Part shown: positions 1-14,002 of the stretch, piece after piece
Layout: every line of letters begins with the position of its first letter
How positions within the stretch are numbered: the first letter of the stretch is position 1
NCBI GenBank assembly: GCA_963748215.1
Contig: CAVVHS010000006.1
Location: forward strand, 640,001-704,000
From: an uncultured Gammaproteobacteria bacterium
Lineage (GTDB): Bacteria; Pseudomonadota; Gammaproteobacteria; UBA9214
DNA length: 64,000 nt
Direction: 5' to 3'
Translations under genes and position numbers: made by a program
The notes under the pieces: model-generated
The model's input: only the letters and a program-made list of their open reading frames with translations
Told to the model about the DNA's origin: nothing
The model's database searches: none

Positions 1-52
1 GCGAAACCAGCACGACCGCACCGACCAGCCTTTGCTTGAGTTGCTGCTCCAT
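1..52 (-). CDS. dedD: DedD/SPOR-domain cell division protein, 5' end only (runs off window)
   Basis: Minus strand reads MEQQLKQRLVGAVVLVS, a typical DedD N-terminus, and lies directly downstream of folC as in the conserved accD-folC-dedD order. Confidence 0.8.
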   Translation of the reverse strand, partial: MEQQLKQRLVGAVVLVS

Positions 53-119
53 GGATACCCCGTAAAGAAGTGATTACCGTGTCTCCGCTGTGCGCGGACC
101 GGAAACTATACCTGACTGG

Positions 120-157
120 CCCGCATTTCTCACCGGGCTGTCGGCGGAAAATACGGG
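120..157. mobile_element. 38-bp internally deleted copy of the CCCGCATTTCTCACCGGG MITE overlapping the folC 3' end
   Basis: Perfect 18-bp terminal repeat at 120-137; degenerate inverted end GGCGGAAAATACGGG; flanked by CTGG on both sides (116-119, 158-161). Confidence 0.6.
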
Positions 158-1413
158 CTGGCCAGCGCCTCTCCCACGGTGATAAAGGAACCGCTTACCA
201 CGATGCGGTCCGCCGGCGCGGCCAGCTCCAGCGCCTGCGCCAGGGCCGCCGCGACAGTGTCGAACAGCCGGATTTCCCGGTGCGTGCCCGGTATGGCAAT
301 ACGCTGCGCCAGTGCCTCGGCCGGGAGGCCACGCGCCACGGCCAGACTGGCCAGGCACCAGCGATCGATACGGCCGTCCAGTGCGGCGGCAAAGGCCGCG
401 GCGTCCTTGTCCGCGAGCATGCCCAGCACCAGCCAGGTTCGGCCGGCCACGGGGCTGGCATGCAGCTGTCTGGCCAGCATGCCGGCACTGTCCGGGTTGT
501 GCGCCACGTCGAGGATGACCTGCGGCGTACCGGGAAATACCTGGAAACGGCCGGCCAGCCGGACCGTGCGCAACGCCTGCTCAAGCGCGTCGCGGCTGAC
601 CGGTAAATGCGCATCGAGCAATTCAACGACTGCCAGCACCCCGGCTGCATTATTCAGCTGACATTCTCCAGACAGTGCGGGCAACGGCAGCGCGTCATGC
701 CCTCCGTGCCAGCCGCGCCAGCTCCAGTACTGGCCGGCGCGGGTGCGGGTGAATTGCCCGCCCAGCGCATACCAGTGCGCACCGATGCCGGCAGCGTGCT
801 GCCGCAGGCTGGTCGGCGGTGACGGGTCGGAACAGACTGCCGGGCGGCCAGCGCGAAAGATCCCCGCCTTCTCCCGGCCGATGGTTTCACGATCATTGCC
901 CAGCCAGGCGCTGTGGTCGATGCCGATTGACGTGACCAGCGCGACATCGGCGTCGATGATATTCACGGCATCCAGGCGTCCGCCCAGGCCTACTTCCAGC
1001 AGCGCGATATCGAGTCCGGCACCGTCGAACAGCAGCAGGGCGGCGAGCGTGCCGAATTCGAAATAGGTCAGCGACACCCCGTCACGTGCCTGGTCGACAC
1101 GCTCGAATGCCGCACACAGCGCGGCATCATCGACCTCGCGGCCGTCGATGCGGATGCGTTCGTTGTAACGCAGCAGGTGCGGCGAGGTGTAGCTGCCGGT
1201 GCGATACCCGGCATTACGGTAGATTGCCTCCAGCAGGGCGACGCTGGATCCCTTGCCGTTGGTGCCCGCGACGGTGACGATCCGGTAGCCGGGTTGCAGC
1301 ACCTCCAGGCGCCGCGCCACGGCGACCACCCGTTCCAGGCCGAGGTCGATCTTGCGCGGATGCAGGCTGTCCTGCCAGGTCAGCCAGTCGGCAAGGGTTT
1401 GGAAACGTGGCAT
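130..1413 (-). CDS. folC: bifunctional folylpolyglutamate synthase/dihydrofolate synthase
   Basis: IDLGLER, GTNGKGS P-loop, YTSPHL, EVGLGGRLDAVN, DVAHNP. Confidence 0.97.
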   Translation of the reverse strand: MPRFQTLADWLTWQDSLHPRKIDLGLERVVAVARRLEVLQPGYRIVTVAGTNGKGSSVALLEAIYRNAGYRTGSYTSPHLLRYNERIRIDGREVDDAALCAAFERVDQARDGVSLTYFEFGTLAALLLFDGAGLDIALLEVGLGGRLDAVNIIDADVALVTSIGIDHSAWLGNDRETIGREKAGIFRAGRPAVCSDPSPPTSLRQHAAGIGAHWYALGGQFTRTRAGQYWSWRGWHGGHDALPLPALSGECQLNNAAGVLAVVELLDAHLPVSRDALEQALRTVRLAGRFQVFPGTPQVILDVAHNPDSAGMLARQLHASPVAGRTWLVLGMLADKDAAAFAAALDGRIDRWCLASLAVARGLPAEALAQRIAIPGTHREIRLFDTVAAALAQALELAAPADRIVVSGSFITVGEALASPYFPPTAR

Positions 1414-1496
1414 GGTATGCGTGCCTGGCGGGCGGCGACCGGTTGCAGTGATGTGTTGCCGGTCAGTCAGCGCGGCACAGGTGCGGCGGTAATGAA

Positions 1497-2363
1497 TCAG
1501 TCGGCCGGGACCGGCTGTCTCGTAAGGATTTTCAGGATGCCGGCAATACGATCGCTCATTTCACGGCGGTCGATGATCATGTCGATGGCACCGTGCTCAA
1601 GCAGGAATTCACTGCGCTGGAAACCTTCCGGAAGGGTTTCGCGCACGGTCTGCTCGATGACGCGCGGACCGGCGAAGCCGATCAGGGCGCGCGGTTCCGC
1701 AACATTGATATCGCCAAGCATGGCAAAACTGGCCGACACGCCGCCCATGGTCGGGTCGGTGAGTACGGAAATGTAGGGAATACCCGCTTCCGCGAGCCGG
1801 GCCAGTGCCGCGCTGGTTTTTGCCATCTGCATAAGCGAGAACAGCGCCTCCTGCATGCGTGCCCCGCCACTGGCGGAAAAGCAGATCAACGGCCGCTTCT
1901 CCTTGATGCACAGTTCAACGGCACGGACGAAGCGTTCGCCGACCACCGCGCCCATGGAACCGCCCATGAACCTGAACTCAAAGGCCACGGCTACCACCGG
2001 CAGGCTGCGCAGCGTGCCTTGCATTGCGATCAGGGCATCGGTCTCGCCGGTCTCCTTCTGCGCGGCGTTCAGGCGATCACGGTATTTTTTGCTGTCCTTG
2101 AACTTGAGCACATCCACGGGTTCGATGGACTTGCCGATTTCCTTGCCGGAATCGTCATCCAGGAACATTTTCAGGCGCAGCCGGGCGCCGATGCGTATGT
2201 GATGACTGCACTTGGGGCAGACGTCGAAGTTTCGCTCCAGCTCGGAGCGGTACAGTACCGCACTGCAGCCGTTGCACTTGATCCAGAGGCCTTCCGGCAC
2301 GGTGCGCTTGTTGCCACCGACGGTGCGGATCTTGGACGGGACGAGTTTACTGAACCAGCTCAT
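1497..2363 (-). CDS. accD: acetyl-CoA carboxylase carboxyltransferase beta subunit
   Basis: C4 zinc finger (CNGC...CPKC), [24 protein letters not shown]. Confidence 0.98.
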   Translation of the reverse strand: MSWFSKLVPSKIRTVGGNKRTVPEGLWIKCNGCSAVLYRSELERNFDVCPKCSHHIRIGARLRLKMFLDDDSGKEIGKSIEPVDVLKFKDSKKYRDRLNAAQKETGETDALIAMQGTLRSLPVVAVAFEFRFMGGSMGAVVGERFVRAVELCIKEKRPLICFSASGGARMQEALFSLMQMAKTSAALARLAEAGIPYISVLTDPTMGGVSASFAMLGDINVAEPRALIGFAGPRVIEQTVRETLPEGFQRSEFLLEHGAIDMIIDRREMSDRIAGILKILTRQPVPAD

Positions 2364-2413
2364 GACATGAATTGTACATGGCGTGAAGTCAGGATGTCAT
2401 TCCGCTGTATCTT

Positions 2414-3219
2414 TCAGGCACCGGCATCGATGGCGGCACGCATCTCGCCGACAATGGCCGCCAGCTGTCCGGGAATGCTTTCCGGCTGCTCGAGCAGTTC
2501 CGGAATCCGCCCGACCAGGGCGCTGCCGACCACGACGGCATCGGCAATGGCGGCCACCTGTGCGGCCGATGCAGCATCGCGAATACCGAAGCCGACCCCG
2601 ATCGGCAGTTGCGTGTGCCGGCGCAGTTCCTGCAGCTTGCCCTTCACTGCACCGACGTCAAGCCGGTTGGCACCGGTGACGCCCTTGAACGAGACGTAGT
2701 ACAGGAATCCGCTCGCCAGCTCGCTGACCAGCCGCATGCGCTCTACATTACTGGTCGGGGCCAGCAGGAAGATGGTGTCAATCTCATGCTTGCGCAAGGC
2801 GTCCACCAGCCCGCCCGCCTCTTCCGGCGGCATATCCACCGTCAGCACGCCATCCACGCCGGCCGCCGCGGCCGCGGCCGCGAAATCCACGTACCCCCAC
2901 ACCTCGATCGGGTTGAGATAGCCCATCAGGATGACCGGCGTGGACATGTCCTGGCGACGGAATTCCCTGACCATGTCGAGCACCTGGTGCAGTGTGACAT
3001 GGTGTTCCAGTGCCCGCTCGCAGGCGGCCTGGATGACCGGCCCGTCGGCCATCGGGTCGGAAAACGGCACCCCGACCTCGAGCAAATCGGCACCGGCGCC
3101 GACCAGTGCATGCAGCAGCGGCACGGTAACAGTCGGCAGCGGGTCGCCGGCGGTGATATAGGGGATCAGTGCCTTGCGCCGCTGTTGCCGCAGCCGGGTA
3201 AAGCACTCTGCGATGCGGC

Positions 3220-3223
<4 letters not shown>
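2414..3223 (-). CDS. trpA: tryptophan synthase alpha chain
   Basis: [22 protein letters not shown]. Confidence 0.98.
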
Positions 3224-4426
<1,203 letters not shown>

Positions 4427-4449
<23 letters not shown>

Positions 4450-5062
4450 TGTTAGCCACTCCTTTCATGAATGCAGCGATCTTGCCGGCGGACTTGATGC
4501 CCCGCGCCTGTTCGACGCCGCTGCTGACGTCCACCGCGTATGGCCGGGTCGCGCGAATCGCCGCCGCCACGTTCTCCGGCGTCAGGCCACCGGCGAGAAT
4601 CAGCGGTGCCGGTATGCCGGTCGGCACCCGATCCCAGTCGAAGGTCTCGCCACCACCACCGTGGGTGGCCGGTTGCCAGGCATCAAGCAGGAAACCCGCG
4701 GCGTCCGGATACTGATCCATCGTCGCAACGACATCGGTCCCCGGTTGCATGGCGATGGACTTGATGAACGGCAGTCCAAAACGTTTGCAGTCCGGATTGG
4801 TCTCCTGTCCGTGAAATTGCAACAGACCCAGCGGCACTTGCGCAAGCACCGCACGGATTGCATCCTCGCTGGCATTCACGAACAGGCCGGTGACGGTGAC
4901 AAACGGCGCCACCGACATGGCAATAGCACGCGCCGTCGCCGTGCTGACACAACGCGGGCTGCGCGGAAAGAACACCAGACCCAGGGCATCGGCCCCGCTG
5001 TCCACCACCACGGCCGCGTCTTCCGTCCGGGTAATGCCACATATTTTAACGCGCGTGCGCAT
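4427..5062 (-). CDS. trpF: phosphoribosylanthranilate isomerase
   Basis: [26 protein letters not shown]; start placed at MRTRVK. Confidence 0.96.
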
Positions 5063-5133
5063 AGTTACCATCGATCTTGTCATCCAGCCTGATGAATGTA
5101 ACAGAATTCCTTACCTGGCAGTGACTTATCGCA

Positions 5134-5919
5134 TCAGGCCTGGTCAAACACCGGCCACCAGCCGGTCGCCGGGATCTGGAAATGACCGTCATAGACAACC
5201 CTGACCAGGTATAGCCCCTCCGCCGGGGCGTTGACCCCGCCCGCCGTGCGGTCGCGCGCCGCGAGCAGTTGCGCGGACCAGCCCGGCGCCTGATCGCCCC
5301 GCCCGACCGCGATCAGCACACCGGCGATACCGCGTACCATGTGATGCAGGAAGGCATTGGCGACCACATCGATATACAGGCACCGGCCGGCGCGCGTCAC
5401 ATCCAGCCGGTGAATCGTGCGTACCGGGCTTTTCGCCTGGCACGCCGCTGCGCGAAAGGAGGTGAAATCGTGCTCGCCGAGCAGGTGCCGGGCCGCCACC
5501 TGCATGCGTTCCACGTGGAGCGGCAATCGCTCCCGGCACACCCGGTTGCGCAACAGCGCCGTTGCCGCCGGACTGTTGAGGATAACGTAGCGGTAATGGC
5601 GCCGGCGCGCGGAAAAACGCGCATGAAAATCCGCAGCAACTTCAGCCGCCCACTGCACGCGAATATCGCCGGGCAGATTCGAATTTACACCACGTACCCA
5701 GTTATCGGGCGCACGCACGGCCGCGCTGTCGAAGTGAATCACCTGGCCGGTCGCGTGCACGCCGGTGTCGGTGCGCCCGGCGCAGACCACGCTGACGTCC
5801 TCGTTCGCCACGCTGGACAGTGCCTGCTCAACGCAGCCCTGCACCGTGCGCCCGTCAAGCTGGCGCTGCCAGCCGATAAAGGCGGCCCCGTCATACTCGA
5901 TACCCAACGCGGTACGCAT
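5134..5919 (-). CDS. truA: tRNA pseudouridine(38-40) synthase
   Basis: AGRTDTGVHA, FHARFSA, HDFTSFRA, AFLHHMVR; start placed at MRTALGIEYDG. Confidence 0.97.
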   Translation of the reverse strand: MRTALGIEYDGAAFIGWQRQLDGRTVQGCVEQALSSVANEDVSVVCAGRTDTGVHATGQVIHFDSAAVRAPDNWVRGVNSNLPGDIRVQWAAEVAADFHARFSARRRHYRYVILNSPAATALLRNRVCRERLPLHVERMQVAARHLLGEHDFTSFRAAACQAKSPVRTIHRLDVTRAGRCLYIDVVANAFLHHMVRGIAGVLIAVGRGDQAPGWSAQLLAARDRTAGGVNAPAEGLYLVRVVYDGHFQIPATGWWPVFDQA

Positions 5920-6051
5920 GTGTGTGGTGGCTGTGAAAGCTTGCGTCAACAGTTGGCAGCGACCCGGATGCGGTCGCGATGTGCGCCTGACCACATGGCC
6001 GCGCAGCTATCACGGCATGCTGTTACAGGCGCATGGCTGTGCGTCAGGACC

Positions 6052-8277
6052 TCAGGCAATTTGCGAATATATTTTTTCTGCTTCCTGCTTCTGTTCCGAG
6101 TTACCCTCTTCCATGACCTCGCCGAGGATACTGCGCGCACTGTCCTTGTCATCCATGTCGATATAGGCACGGGCAAGATCGAGCTTGGTGGTCACCTCGT
6201 CCTCGCTGGCCAGCGTGCCATCGAAGCTGTCCTCGTCTTCCAGTTGATCGAGACCGTACTCGATTGTCCCGGGCAGATCCTGGTCGCGATTCGGCGACTC
6301 GCCGAGATCGAGACCGAAGTCGTCCTCGGCCGCGGTGCCGGATACGCTGTCCATGCCGGACAGATCCATGTCGAATTCGATGCTGTTGTCCTGCCGCTCG
6401 CCGCTGTCCGGTGACTCCCCGGCGTGGTCACTGGCCTCCTGCGCCGGGGCGCCGGCACGGTAGAGGTCGTTCTGCGGCGCCATGGTATAGCCCATGGTCG
6501 CGACCTTGATCCAGCGCTCGTCGTCTTCCGCGACGCCATCCCGGAAATCGCTGGCCGCCTGTTCAAACGCCGCCGTGTTACCGGCAATGTGATAGACCTC
6601 CAGCAACTTGAGCCTGACGGCATCGTCGTCCGGATCACGCTGCAGAGCCGCCTGCAGCACGTCCTCGGCCTGCTGGATCCTGCCGTAGGCGAGATAGACC
6701 TCGGACTCCGTAACCGGATTATTATCGGTAGCCTCCTGCGTGACCTGCTCTTCCTGGCGTGGCTCGGACTCATCGACATCGACATCGAACATCGGCTGCG
6801 GCCAACTGCGCTCCGCTTTGGCGGCGTCACTGGCAAGCTGACTGGACAGGGTCATTTCTTCGTCGAACATGTCGGAGGTGTCTTTCTGGCGATTCGCCAG
6901 CCACAGGAAACCACCGAGCAACAGCGCCACCAGGACACCCGCACCGGCCAGGATCGGGTTGTCCAGGACCTTGTTCATGATGGCCGACGGTATCCCTGCC
7001 GATTCGCCGGGTTCCGGCGTCGCGGCAGCCGCTTCCTCGATTTCTGCCTCTGTGGTTGTTGCGGCCGCCATCGCCTCATCCGTCGCTTCGGGGAATGCTG
7101 CGCCATCTGCGGCCGCCGGGTCCCCGGCCGTTGCCACGCCGTTTTGCAGGTTCGCCAGGGCATCGTCTTTCAATACCAGCAGCCGCTTCATGGTCTCGAT
7201 CTGCTGTTCGAGCTCGTCGACGCGGGATTGCAGTTCGCGCGACTGCGCCTTGCCGGCCTCCACCTCTTCCGTGGCCAGCGCGAGCTGCTGGTTCAGGTCC
7301 GCGTCACCACCGGTTTCGGCCGTGATGGTCTCAGGGTCGCCGGGCATGGCCGCACCCTCGACGGCATCGCCTTCGGGCGCCACCAGCTGCAGGCGAGCAC
7401 TGCCGGCGGATTCTGCCTGCGCAGCTGCCCCGGGCATTGCCGGCGTTTCCGCGCCGGGAGCGTCGGCGACCGTATCGCCGTCGGATTTCCATTCACTGTA
7501 CTGGCGTCGCGTCTCGGCCAGCGCCTCGCGGGCGCTTAACGCAACGACTTCATCACGCGCCGGCACCTTGAGTGTCGCGCCGGCCTTGAGCAGGTTCATG
7601 TTGCCGTTGACGAAGGCATCCGGATTGGCACGCAGCAGTGCCAGCATCATCTGATGCATGGAGATACTGTCATCGGGCCGGACCCGCTCGGCAATCGACC
7701 AGAGCGTTTCACTGCGCCGGATCGGGCCGTACTCGCCGGCCGCGGTCGGCGCCACCGACACGGTGGCCGGGGCCGATGCAGCGCGAGTCGCCGGCGCGCG
7801 CACCTGGCGCACCGGTTGCGGTGTAACAGGCCGGGTGGCCGCCTGCGACACCGGTGCGGGCGGCACCGAGGGCGTGGCCGGCATGGTGACAGGCGGGTCG
7901 ACCAGCACGGTGTACTGGCGCAGCAGGCGCCCGTTCGGCCATTCCAGCTCCAGCATGAATTCCAGGTATGGCTCGCGCACCGGGTCCGCGCTGGTCACAC
8001 GTACCACGGCATTGCCGGTGCGTCCCGGCTCCACCGTGAACTTGAAATTGGCCAGCAGCGCTGACTTGGTCAGCCCGGCGCGCCGATGTGCCTCGAGCGA
8101 GGCCAGGGATACCTTGATGGTGTCGACAGGAGTGCCGGCCGAGGATGTCAGATCTATGACGGCCTGCATCGGCTGATTGAGTGCCGACGTCATGTTGATC
8201 TCGCCAAGCCCGAGGGCAAATAAACGGGGCGATGTCACTATCAGCAAGGCCGCGGCGACAGCCATTTTTCTGAGCAT
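6052..8277 (-). CDS. fimV: FimV/HubP polar landmark protein
   Basis: LGLGEI..SALNQP N-terminus, LysM-like ETLWSIA...NPDAF, coiled coil, TM helix, acidic region, C-terminal TKLDLARAYIDMDD; asd-fimV-truA synteny. Confidence 0.93.
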   Translation of the reverse strand: MLRKMAVAAALLIVTSPRLFALGLGEINMTSALNQPMQAVIDLTSSAGTPVDTIKVSLASLEAHRRAGLTKSALLANFKFTVEPGRTGNAVVRVTSADPVREPYLEFMLELEWPNGRLLRQYTVLVDPPVTMPATPSVPPAPVSQAATRPVTPQPVRQVRAPATRAASAPATVSVAPTAAGEYGPIRRSETLWSIAERVRPDDSISMHQMMLALLRANPDAFVNGNMNLLKAGATLKVPARDEVVALSAREALAETRRQYSEWKSDGDTVADAPGAETPAMPGAAAQAESAGSARLQLVAPEGDAVEGAAMPGDPETITAETGGDADLNQQLALATEEVEAGKAQSRELQSRVDELEQQIETMKRLLVLKDDALANLQNGVATAGDPAAADGAAFPEATDEAMAAATTTEAEIEEAAAATPEPGESAGIPSAIMNKVLDNPILAGAGVLVALLLGGFLWLANRQKDTSDMFDEEMTLSSQLASDAAKAERSWPQPMFDVDVDESEPRQEEQVTQEATDNNPVTESEVYLAYGRIQQAEDVLQAALQRDPDDDAVRLKLLEVYHIAGNTAAFEQAASDFRDGVAEDDERWIKVATMGYTMAPQNDLYRAGAPAQEASDHAGESPDSGERQDNSIEFDMDLSGMDSVSGTAAEDDFGLDLGESPNRDQDLPGTIEYGLDQLEDEDSFDGTLASEDEVTTKLDLARAYIDMDDKDSARSILGEVMEEGNSEQKQEAEKIYSQIA

Positions 8278-8358
8278 TCCGGAATCCCCTTTTGGTTGAC
8301 TCATCCTGAGAAGCCACTCCCAAATCAACAGCTTGTTGGCATGGTGGCAGACTATAAC

Positions 8359-9381
<1,023 letters not shown>

Positions 9382-9411
9382 GATTGTTGAACCTGTTCGG
9401 TTGCTTCGTGT

Positions 9412-10488
9412 TTAAACCCGCAATGCCGCTACCACGGCATCACCCATTTCCTGCGTGCCCACCGTGCGCGTGCCCGGCGAAGCGATATCCGGCGTGCGCA
9501 GACCCTTGTCCAGCACGCGTCCGACTGCCTGCTCGATGCGCTCCGCCTGCGCCGGCAGTTCGAGGCTGTAGCGCAGCATCATCGCCACCGACAGGATCGT
9601 TGCCAGCGGGTTGGCCACGCCCTGGCCGGCAATATCCGGTGCCGAGCCGTGAATCGGCTCGTACATGCCCTTGCCGGCTTTGTCCAGCGAGGCCGATGGC
9701 AGCATGCCGATCGAGCCGGTCAGCATGGCCGCGGCATCCGACAGGATGTCGCCGAACATGTTTGACGTCACCATGACGTCGAACTGCTTCGGCGCGCGCA
9801 CCAGCTGCATGGCGGCATTATCAACGTACATGTGGCTCAGCTCGACGTCCGGATATTCCTGCGCGGTCCGCACCACCACCTCGCGCCACAGCTCGCTGCA
9901 TTCCAGCACATTGGCCTTGTCGACCGAGCACAGCCGCTTCGAGCGCTTGCGCGCAATCTCGAACGCCACCCGCGCGATTCGCTCGATCTCGGACTCGCTG
10001 TACACCAGGGTGTTGAAGCCCTCGCGCTGGCCGTCTTCGCGGATTCGGATGCCGCGCGGCTTGCCAAAATAGATGCCGCCGGTCAGCTCGCGCACGATCA
10101 TGATATCCAGGCCGCTGACGATTTCCGCCTTCAGCGTCGACGCCTCGGCCAGCTGCGGGTAGAGCATCGCCGGCCGCAGGTTGGCGAACAGACCGAGTTC
10201 GCTGCGCAGACCGAGCAGGCCCTGTTCCGGCCGCAGCGAGCGTTCCAGTTTTTCCCAGCGCGGGCCGCCGACTGCGCCCAGCAGGATGGCGTCCGCCGCA
10301 CGCACCAGCTCCAGCGTCGCGGCCGGCAGCGGGTGGCCGTGGGCGTCGTAGGCCGCGCCGCCCACCGGCGCGTGCTCGATTTCCGCATCCAGACCGTATT
10401 CTGAACCCAGCACGGCCAGTACTTTTTCCGCCTCGGCCACGATCTCCGGGCCGATACCGTCACCGGCTAATATTGCTATTTTATACAT
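9412..10488 (-). CDS. leuB: 3-isopropylmalate dehydrogenase
   Basis: [38 protein letters not shown]. Confidence 0.98.
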   Translation of the reverse strand: MYKIAILAGDGIGPEIVAEAEKVLAVLGSEYGLDAEIEHAPVGGAAYDAHGHPLPAATLELVRAADAILLGAVGGPRWEKLERSLRPEQGLLGLRSELGLFANLRPAMLYPQLAEASTLKAEIVSGLDIMIVRELTGGIYFGKPRGIRIREDGQREGFNTLVYSESEIERIARVAFEIARKRSKRLCSVDKANVLECSELWREVVVRTAQEYPDVELSHMYVDNAAMQLVRAPKQFDVMVTSNMFGDILSDAAAMLTGSIGMLPSASLDKAGKGMYEPIHGSAPDIAGQGVANPLATILSVAMMLRYSLELPAQAERIEQAVGRVLDKGLRTPDIASPGTRTVGTQEMGDAVVAALRV

Positions 10489-10511
10489 ATTTCATTTAGT
10501 TACACGTTTTT

Positions 10512-11159
10512 TCAGGAATCAGTATTAAATAACCAGGGCGCCTGCTCGCGCCGCTGGGCCTCGAACACGCGTATCGCGTCGGCATGCTGCAGGGTCAGGC
10601 CGATATCATCCAGCCCGCGGATCAGGCAGTCCTTGCGGAAACCGTCCACTTCGAAAGTGATCTCTCCCTGGTCCGGCGTGCGGATCGTCTGTGCGGGCAG
10701 ATCGACTTCCAGCGCATAGCCCGGCGTCGCCTCGGTCGCATGGAACAGCCGGCTGACCGTGTCAGCCGCCAGCACGATGGGCAGCACGCCGTTCTTGAAA
10801 CAGTTGTTGAAAAAGATGTCGGCAAAGCTCGGCGCGATCACCACGCGCAGACCGTAATCCAGCAACGCCCATACCGCGTGCTCACGCGATGAACCGCAGC
10901 CGAAGTTTTCCCTGGCCAGCAGTATACGCGCACCCTGGTAGCGCGGGTGATTCAACACGAAATCCGGATTCAGCGGTCGGGTGCTGTTATCCCCGCCCGG
11001 TTCGCCATGATCCAGGTAGCGCCATTCGTCGAACAGGTTCGGCCCGAAACCGCTGCGCCGGATCGACTTCAGGAACTGCTTGGGGATGATGGCATCGGTA
11101 TCGACATTGGGCCGGTCAAGCGGCGCCACGATTCCTGCTACGACGTTAAATTTCTCCAT
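10512..11159 (-). CDS. leuD: 3-isopropylmalate dehydratase small subunit
   Basis: [30 protein letters not shown]. Confidence 0.98.
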   Translation of the reverse strand: MEKFNVVAGIVAPLDRPNVDTDAIIPKQFLKSIRRSGFGPNLFDEWRYLDHGEPGGDNSTRPLNPDFVLNHPRYQGARILLARENFGCGSSREHAVWALLDYGLRVVIAPSFADIFFNNCFKNGVLPIVLAADTVSRLFHATEATPGYALEVDLPAQTIRTPDQGEITFEVDGFRKDCLIRGLDDIGLTLQHADAIRVFEAQRREQAPWLFNTDS

Positions 11160-11173
11160 GGCTCGGTCCCGGG

Positions 11174-12583
11174 CTAGTCGGTGTCGGTGCAAACGTTGGC
11201 AAAATGGCCGGTCACGGCAGCCAGCGCGGCCATGGCCGGGCTGACCAGGTGCGTGCGTCCACCCTGCCCCTGGCGCCCCTCGAAATTACGGTTCGAGGTC
11301 GACGCGCAGCGCTCACCGGGCTCCAGGCGGTCGGCATTCATCGCCAGGCACATCGAGCAGCCCGGCTCGCGCCACTCGAAGCCTGCCGCCCTGAAGATGG
11401 CGTCCAGCCCCTCGGCCTCGGCCTGGCGCTTCACCAGGCCGGAACCCGGCACCACCAGCGCCTGCTTGACGCCCTCCGCCACCCGGCGGCCACGAATGAC
11501 GCTTGCTGCGGCACGCAGGTCTTCGATGCGCGCGTTGGTACAGGACCCGATGAACACGTGATCGGGGCGGATAGCGGTGATCGGCATGCCAGGCAGCAGG
11601 TCCATGTAGGCCAGCGCCTTGCGCATGCTCTCGGCCTTGACACCGTCAGGTTCGCTCTCGGGATCAGGGACGACACCGTCGACGGACGCTACCATTTCCG
11701 GCGAGGTACCCCAGGTCACCTGAGGGGCGATTGCGGCGGCATCCAGCACCACGGTCTGGTCGAACACCGCGTCGGCATCGCTGTGCAGGTCGCGCCAGGC
11801 CGCCACGGCCTGGTCCCACTGTGCACCCCGGGGGGCGTACGGGCGGTTCTTCAGGTAGTCGATGGTGGTGTCATCCACTGCCACCATGCCGGCACGCGCA
11901 CCGGCCTCGATGGCCATGTTGCAGACCGTCATGCGGCCCTCCATCGACAAATCCCGAATGACGCTGCCGCCGAACTCGATGGAATAACCGGTGCCGCCGG
12001 CAGTGCCGATGCGGCCGATGATGGCCAGCACGACGTCCTTGGCGGACACACCCGGCGCGAGGGTGCCGTCAACGCGCACCAGCAGCGTCTTCGTCTTGCG
12101 CAGTATCAGGCACTGGGTGGCCAGCACGTGCTCGACATCGGAGGTACCGATGCCGAACGCCAGCGCGCCGAACGCACCGTGTGTCGAGGTATGCGAGTCA
12201 CCGCACACCACGGTCATGCCCGGCAGCGTGGCACCCTGCTCCGGTCCGATCACGTGCACAATGCCCTGGCGCGGATCATTCATGGTGAATTCGGTGATGC
12301 CGAACTCCGTGCAGTTGCGGTCCAGTGTCTCCACCTGCAGGCGCGATACCGGGTCGGCGATACCCGCGCTGCGATCGGTAGTGGGCACATTGTGGTCGGG
12401 CACCGCGAGAATCGAGCGGATGCGCCACGGCACGCGCCCGGCCAGGCGCAGCCCCTCGAAGGCCTGCGGTGAGGTGACCTCGTGCACCAGGTGCCGATCG
12501 ATGTATATCAGCGCCGTGCCATCGGCCTCCTGGCGCACGCAGTGCGCATTCCAGAGCTTGTCGTACAGGGTGTTGCCGGACAT
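11174..12583 (-). CDS. leuC: 3-isopropylmalate dehydratase large subunit
   Basis: [42 protein letters not shown]. Confidence 0.98.
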   Translation of the reverse strand: MSGNTLYDKLWNAHCVRQEADGTALIYIDRHLVHEVTSPQAFEGLRLAGRVPWRIRSILAVPDHNVPTTDRSAGIADPVSRLQVETLDRNCTEFGITEFTMNDPRQGIVHVIGPEQGATLPGMTVVCGDSHTSTHGAFGALAFGIGTSDVEHVLATQCLILRKTKTLLVRVDGTLAPGVSAKDVVLAIIGRIGTAGGTGYSIEFGGSVIRDLSMEGRMTVCNMAIEAGARAGMVAVDDTTIDYLKNRPYAPRGAQWDQAVAAWRDLHSDADAVFDQTVVLDAAAIAPQVTWGTSPEMVASVDGVVPDPESEPDGVKAESMRKALAYMDLLPGMPITAIRPDHVFIGSCTNARIEDLRAAASVIRGRRVAEGVKQALVVPGSGLVKRQAEAEGLDAIFRAAGFEWREPGCSMCLAMNADRLEPGERCASTSNRNFEGRQGQGGRTHLVSPAMAALAAVTGHFANVCTDTD

Positions 12584-12658
12584 CACATCATTACCGCAGT
12601 CGGGACCAGTTAAAGCGCTGGATTATATTAGGATAGACCGGTGGAAGTCATCCATGCG

Positions 12659-13798
12659 CTACAGCTGCTCTCCGGGACGCATGCCGAACAGCACCACGAA
12701 CACGCTCGCCAGGCTGACGCCCGCCGCCAGCAGGTACATGGATTGCGCGCCCATGCCGGTCCACAGATAGCCGCTGATCAGGCTGCCGATCGCCCCGCCG
12801 GCACCGAAACTGATACTGCTGTACAGCGCCTGGCCACGCCCCTGGTGAGCGCCGGTAAACAGCCGGTGCACCATGTAGATGGCCACGGCGTGGTACAGGC
12901 CGAAACTCGCGGCATGCAGGGTCTGCGCCAGCAACATAACCGGCAGCCGGTCGGCAAAGCCGGCGATCAGCAACCAGCGCAGCGTGGTCAGCGAGACAGC
13001 GGCCAGCAGCAGGCGGCGCGCGCCGAAGCGCGGCAACAGGCGCGGCATGATCAGGAAAACGCCGATTTCCGCCACTACACCCAGCGCCCAGAGCTGGCCG
13101 ATCACGGCCGTCGAGTAGCCGTAGCTCTCCAGGTAGATGCTGAAGAAGGCATAGTACGGGCCGTGGCTGGCCTGCACCAGGAAACAGACCGCGAGCAGTG
13201 CCAGCACCACCGGGCGGCGCAGCACGTCACGCAGGCGCGCCTGGTCCAGCGGCAGATGGCCGGCGGCGGATTCCGGCACGACCAGGCTGCTCAGCCAGAT
13301 CAGGATGAACACCACGGCCAGCACCTGCGGCAAGCGGTGGGTGCCGTACATATCGAGCATCGGACCCAGCGCCGCCACCGTGATAATGAAACCGACCGAT
13401 CCCCATAGACGGATGCCGCTGTAGCGATGCGTTTCACCGCCCAGGTGATTCATGGTGGTGGCCTCGAACTGCGGCAGCGCGGCGTTCCAGAAAAAACTGA
13501 ACGCGATCATGACCAGCGCCATCCACCAGAAACCACTAGCGAAGAACACACCCGTGAAGCTCAGTGCCGCCAGCAGCGAGGCACCGCGCACGATGGTCAT
13601 GCGATGGCCGGTCGTATCGGCGATCCAGCCCCAGACGTTGGGCGCCACGATCTTGGTCGCCATGAGGATGGCGATCAGCTGACCGATCTGGGTGACGGAA
13701 AAATCCAGCGACTTGAGGTACAGCCCCCAGTACGGCACCAGGGCACCGAGCGAGGCGAAATAAAACAGGTAGAAACCGGACAGCCGCCAGTAGATCAT
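12659..13798 (-). CDS. MFS transporter (MFS_1-like, HcaT/LacY-related)
   Basis: About 12 hydrophobic segments, IRLWGSVGF motif; commonly follows aroC. Confidence 0.85.
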   Translation of the reverse strand: MIYWRLSGFYLFYFASLGALVPYWGLYLKSLDFSVTQIGQLIAILMATKIVAPNVWGWIADTTGHRMTIVRGASLLAALSFTGVFFASGFWWMALVMIAFSFFWNAALPQFEATTMNHLGGETHRYSGIRLWGSVGFIITVAALGPMLDMYGTHRLPQVLAVVFILIWLSSLVVPESAAGHLPLDQARLRDVLRRPVVLALLAVCFLVQASHGPYYAFFSIYLESYGYSTAVIGQLWALGVVAEIGVFLIMPRLLPRFGARRLLLAAVSLTTLRWLLIAGFADRLPVMLLAQTLHAASFGLYHAVAIYMVHRLFTGAHQGRGQALYSSISFGAGGAIGSLISGYLWTGMGAQSMYLLAAGVSLASVFVVLFGMRPGEQL

Positions 13799-13839
13799 GG
13801 CACGGGGTAATACAGTCCTGTCACCCGCCGTGGTGGCCG

Positions 13840-14002
13840 GGAATCCGCCGGATTCGGTACTGATCTACTGCGCCGGCGGGACAGCGGTCCGTATTCCGGA
13901 TGCGCCGCGTTAAACAGCGGCAGCTGTTCTCCTCGAACGATTCGAAAAATGACCTCACGCTCCCGCCCGGCTCGCTACGATCCCCCAAATCCGGCCAACT
14001 CC
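13840..14002. mobile_element. probable MITE-like element between aroC and the MFS gene
   Basis: Imperfect terminal inverted repeats GGAATCCGCCGGATTCGG / CCAAATCCGGCCAACTCC (14 of 18 match), abutting CTAG at the aroC stop. Confidence 0.4.
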
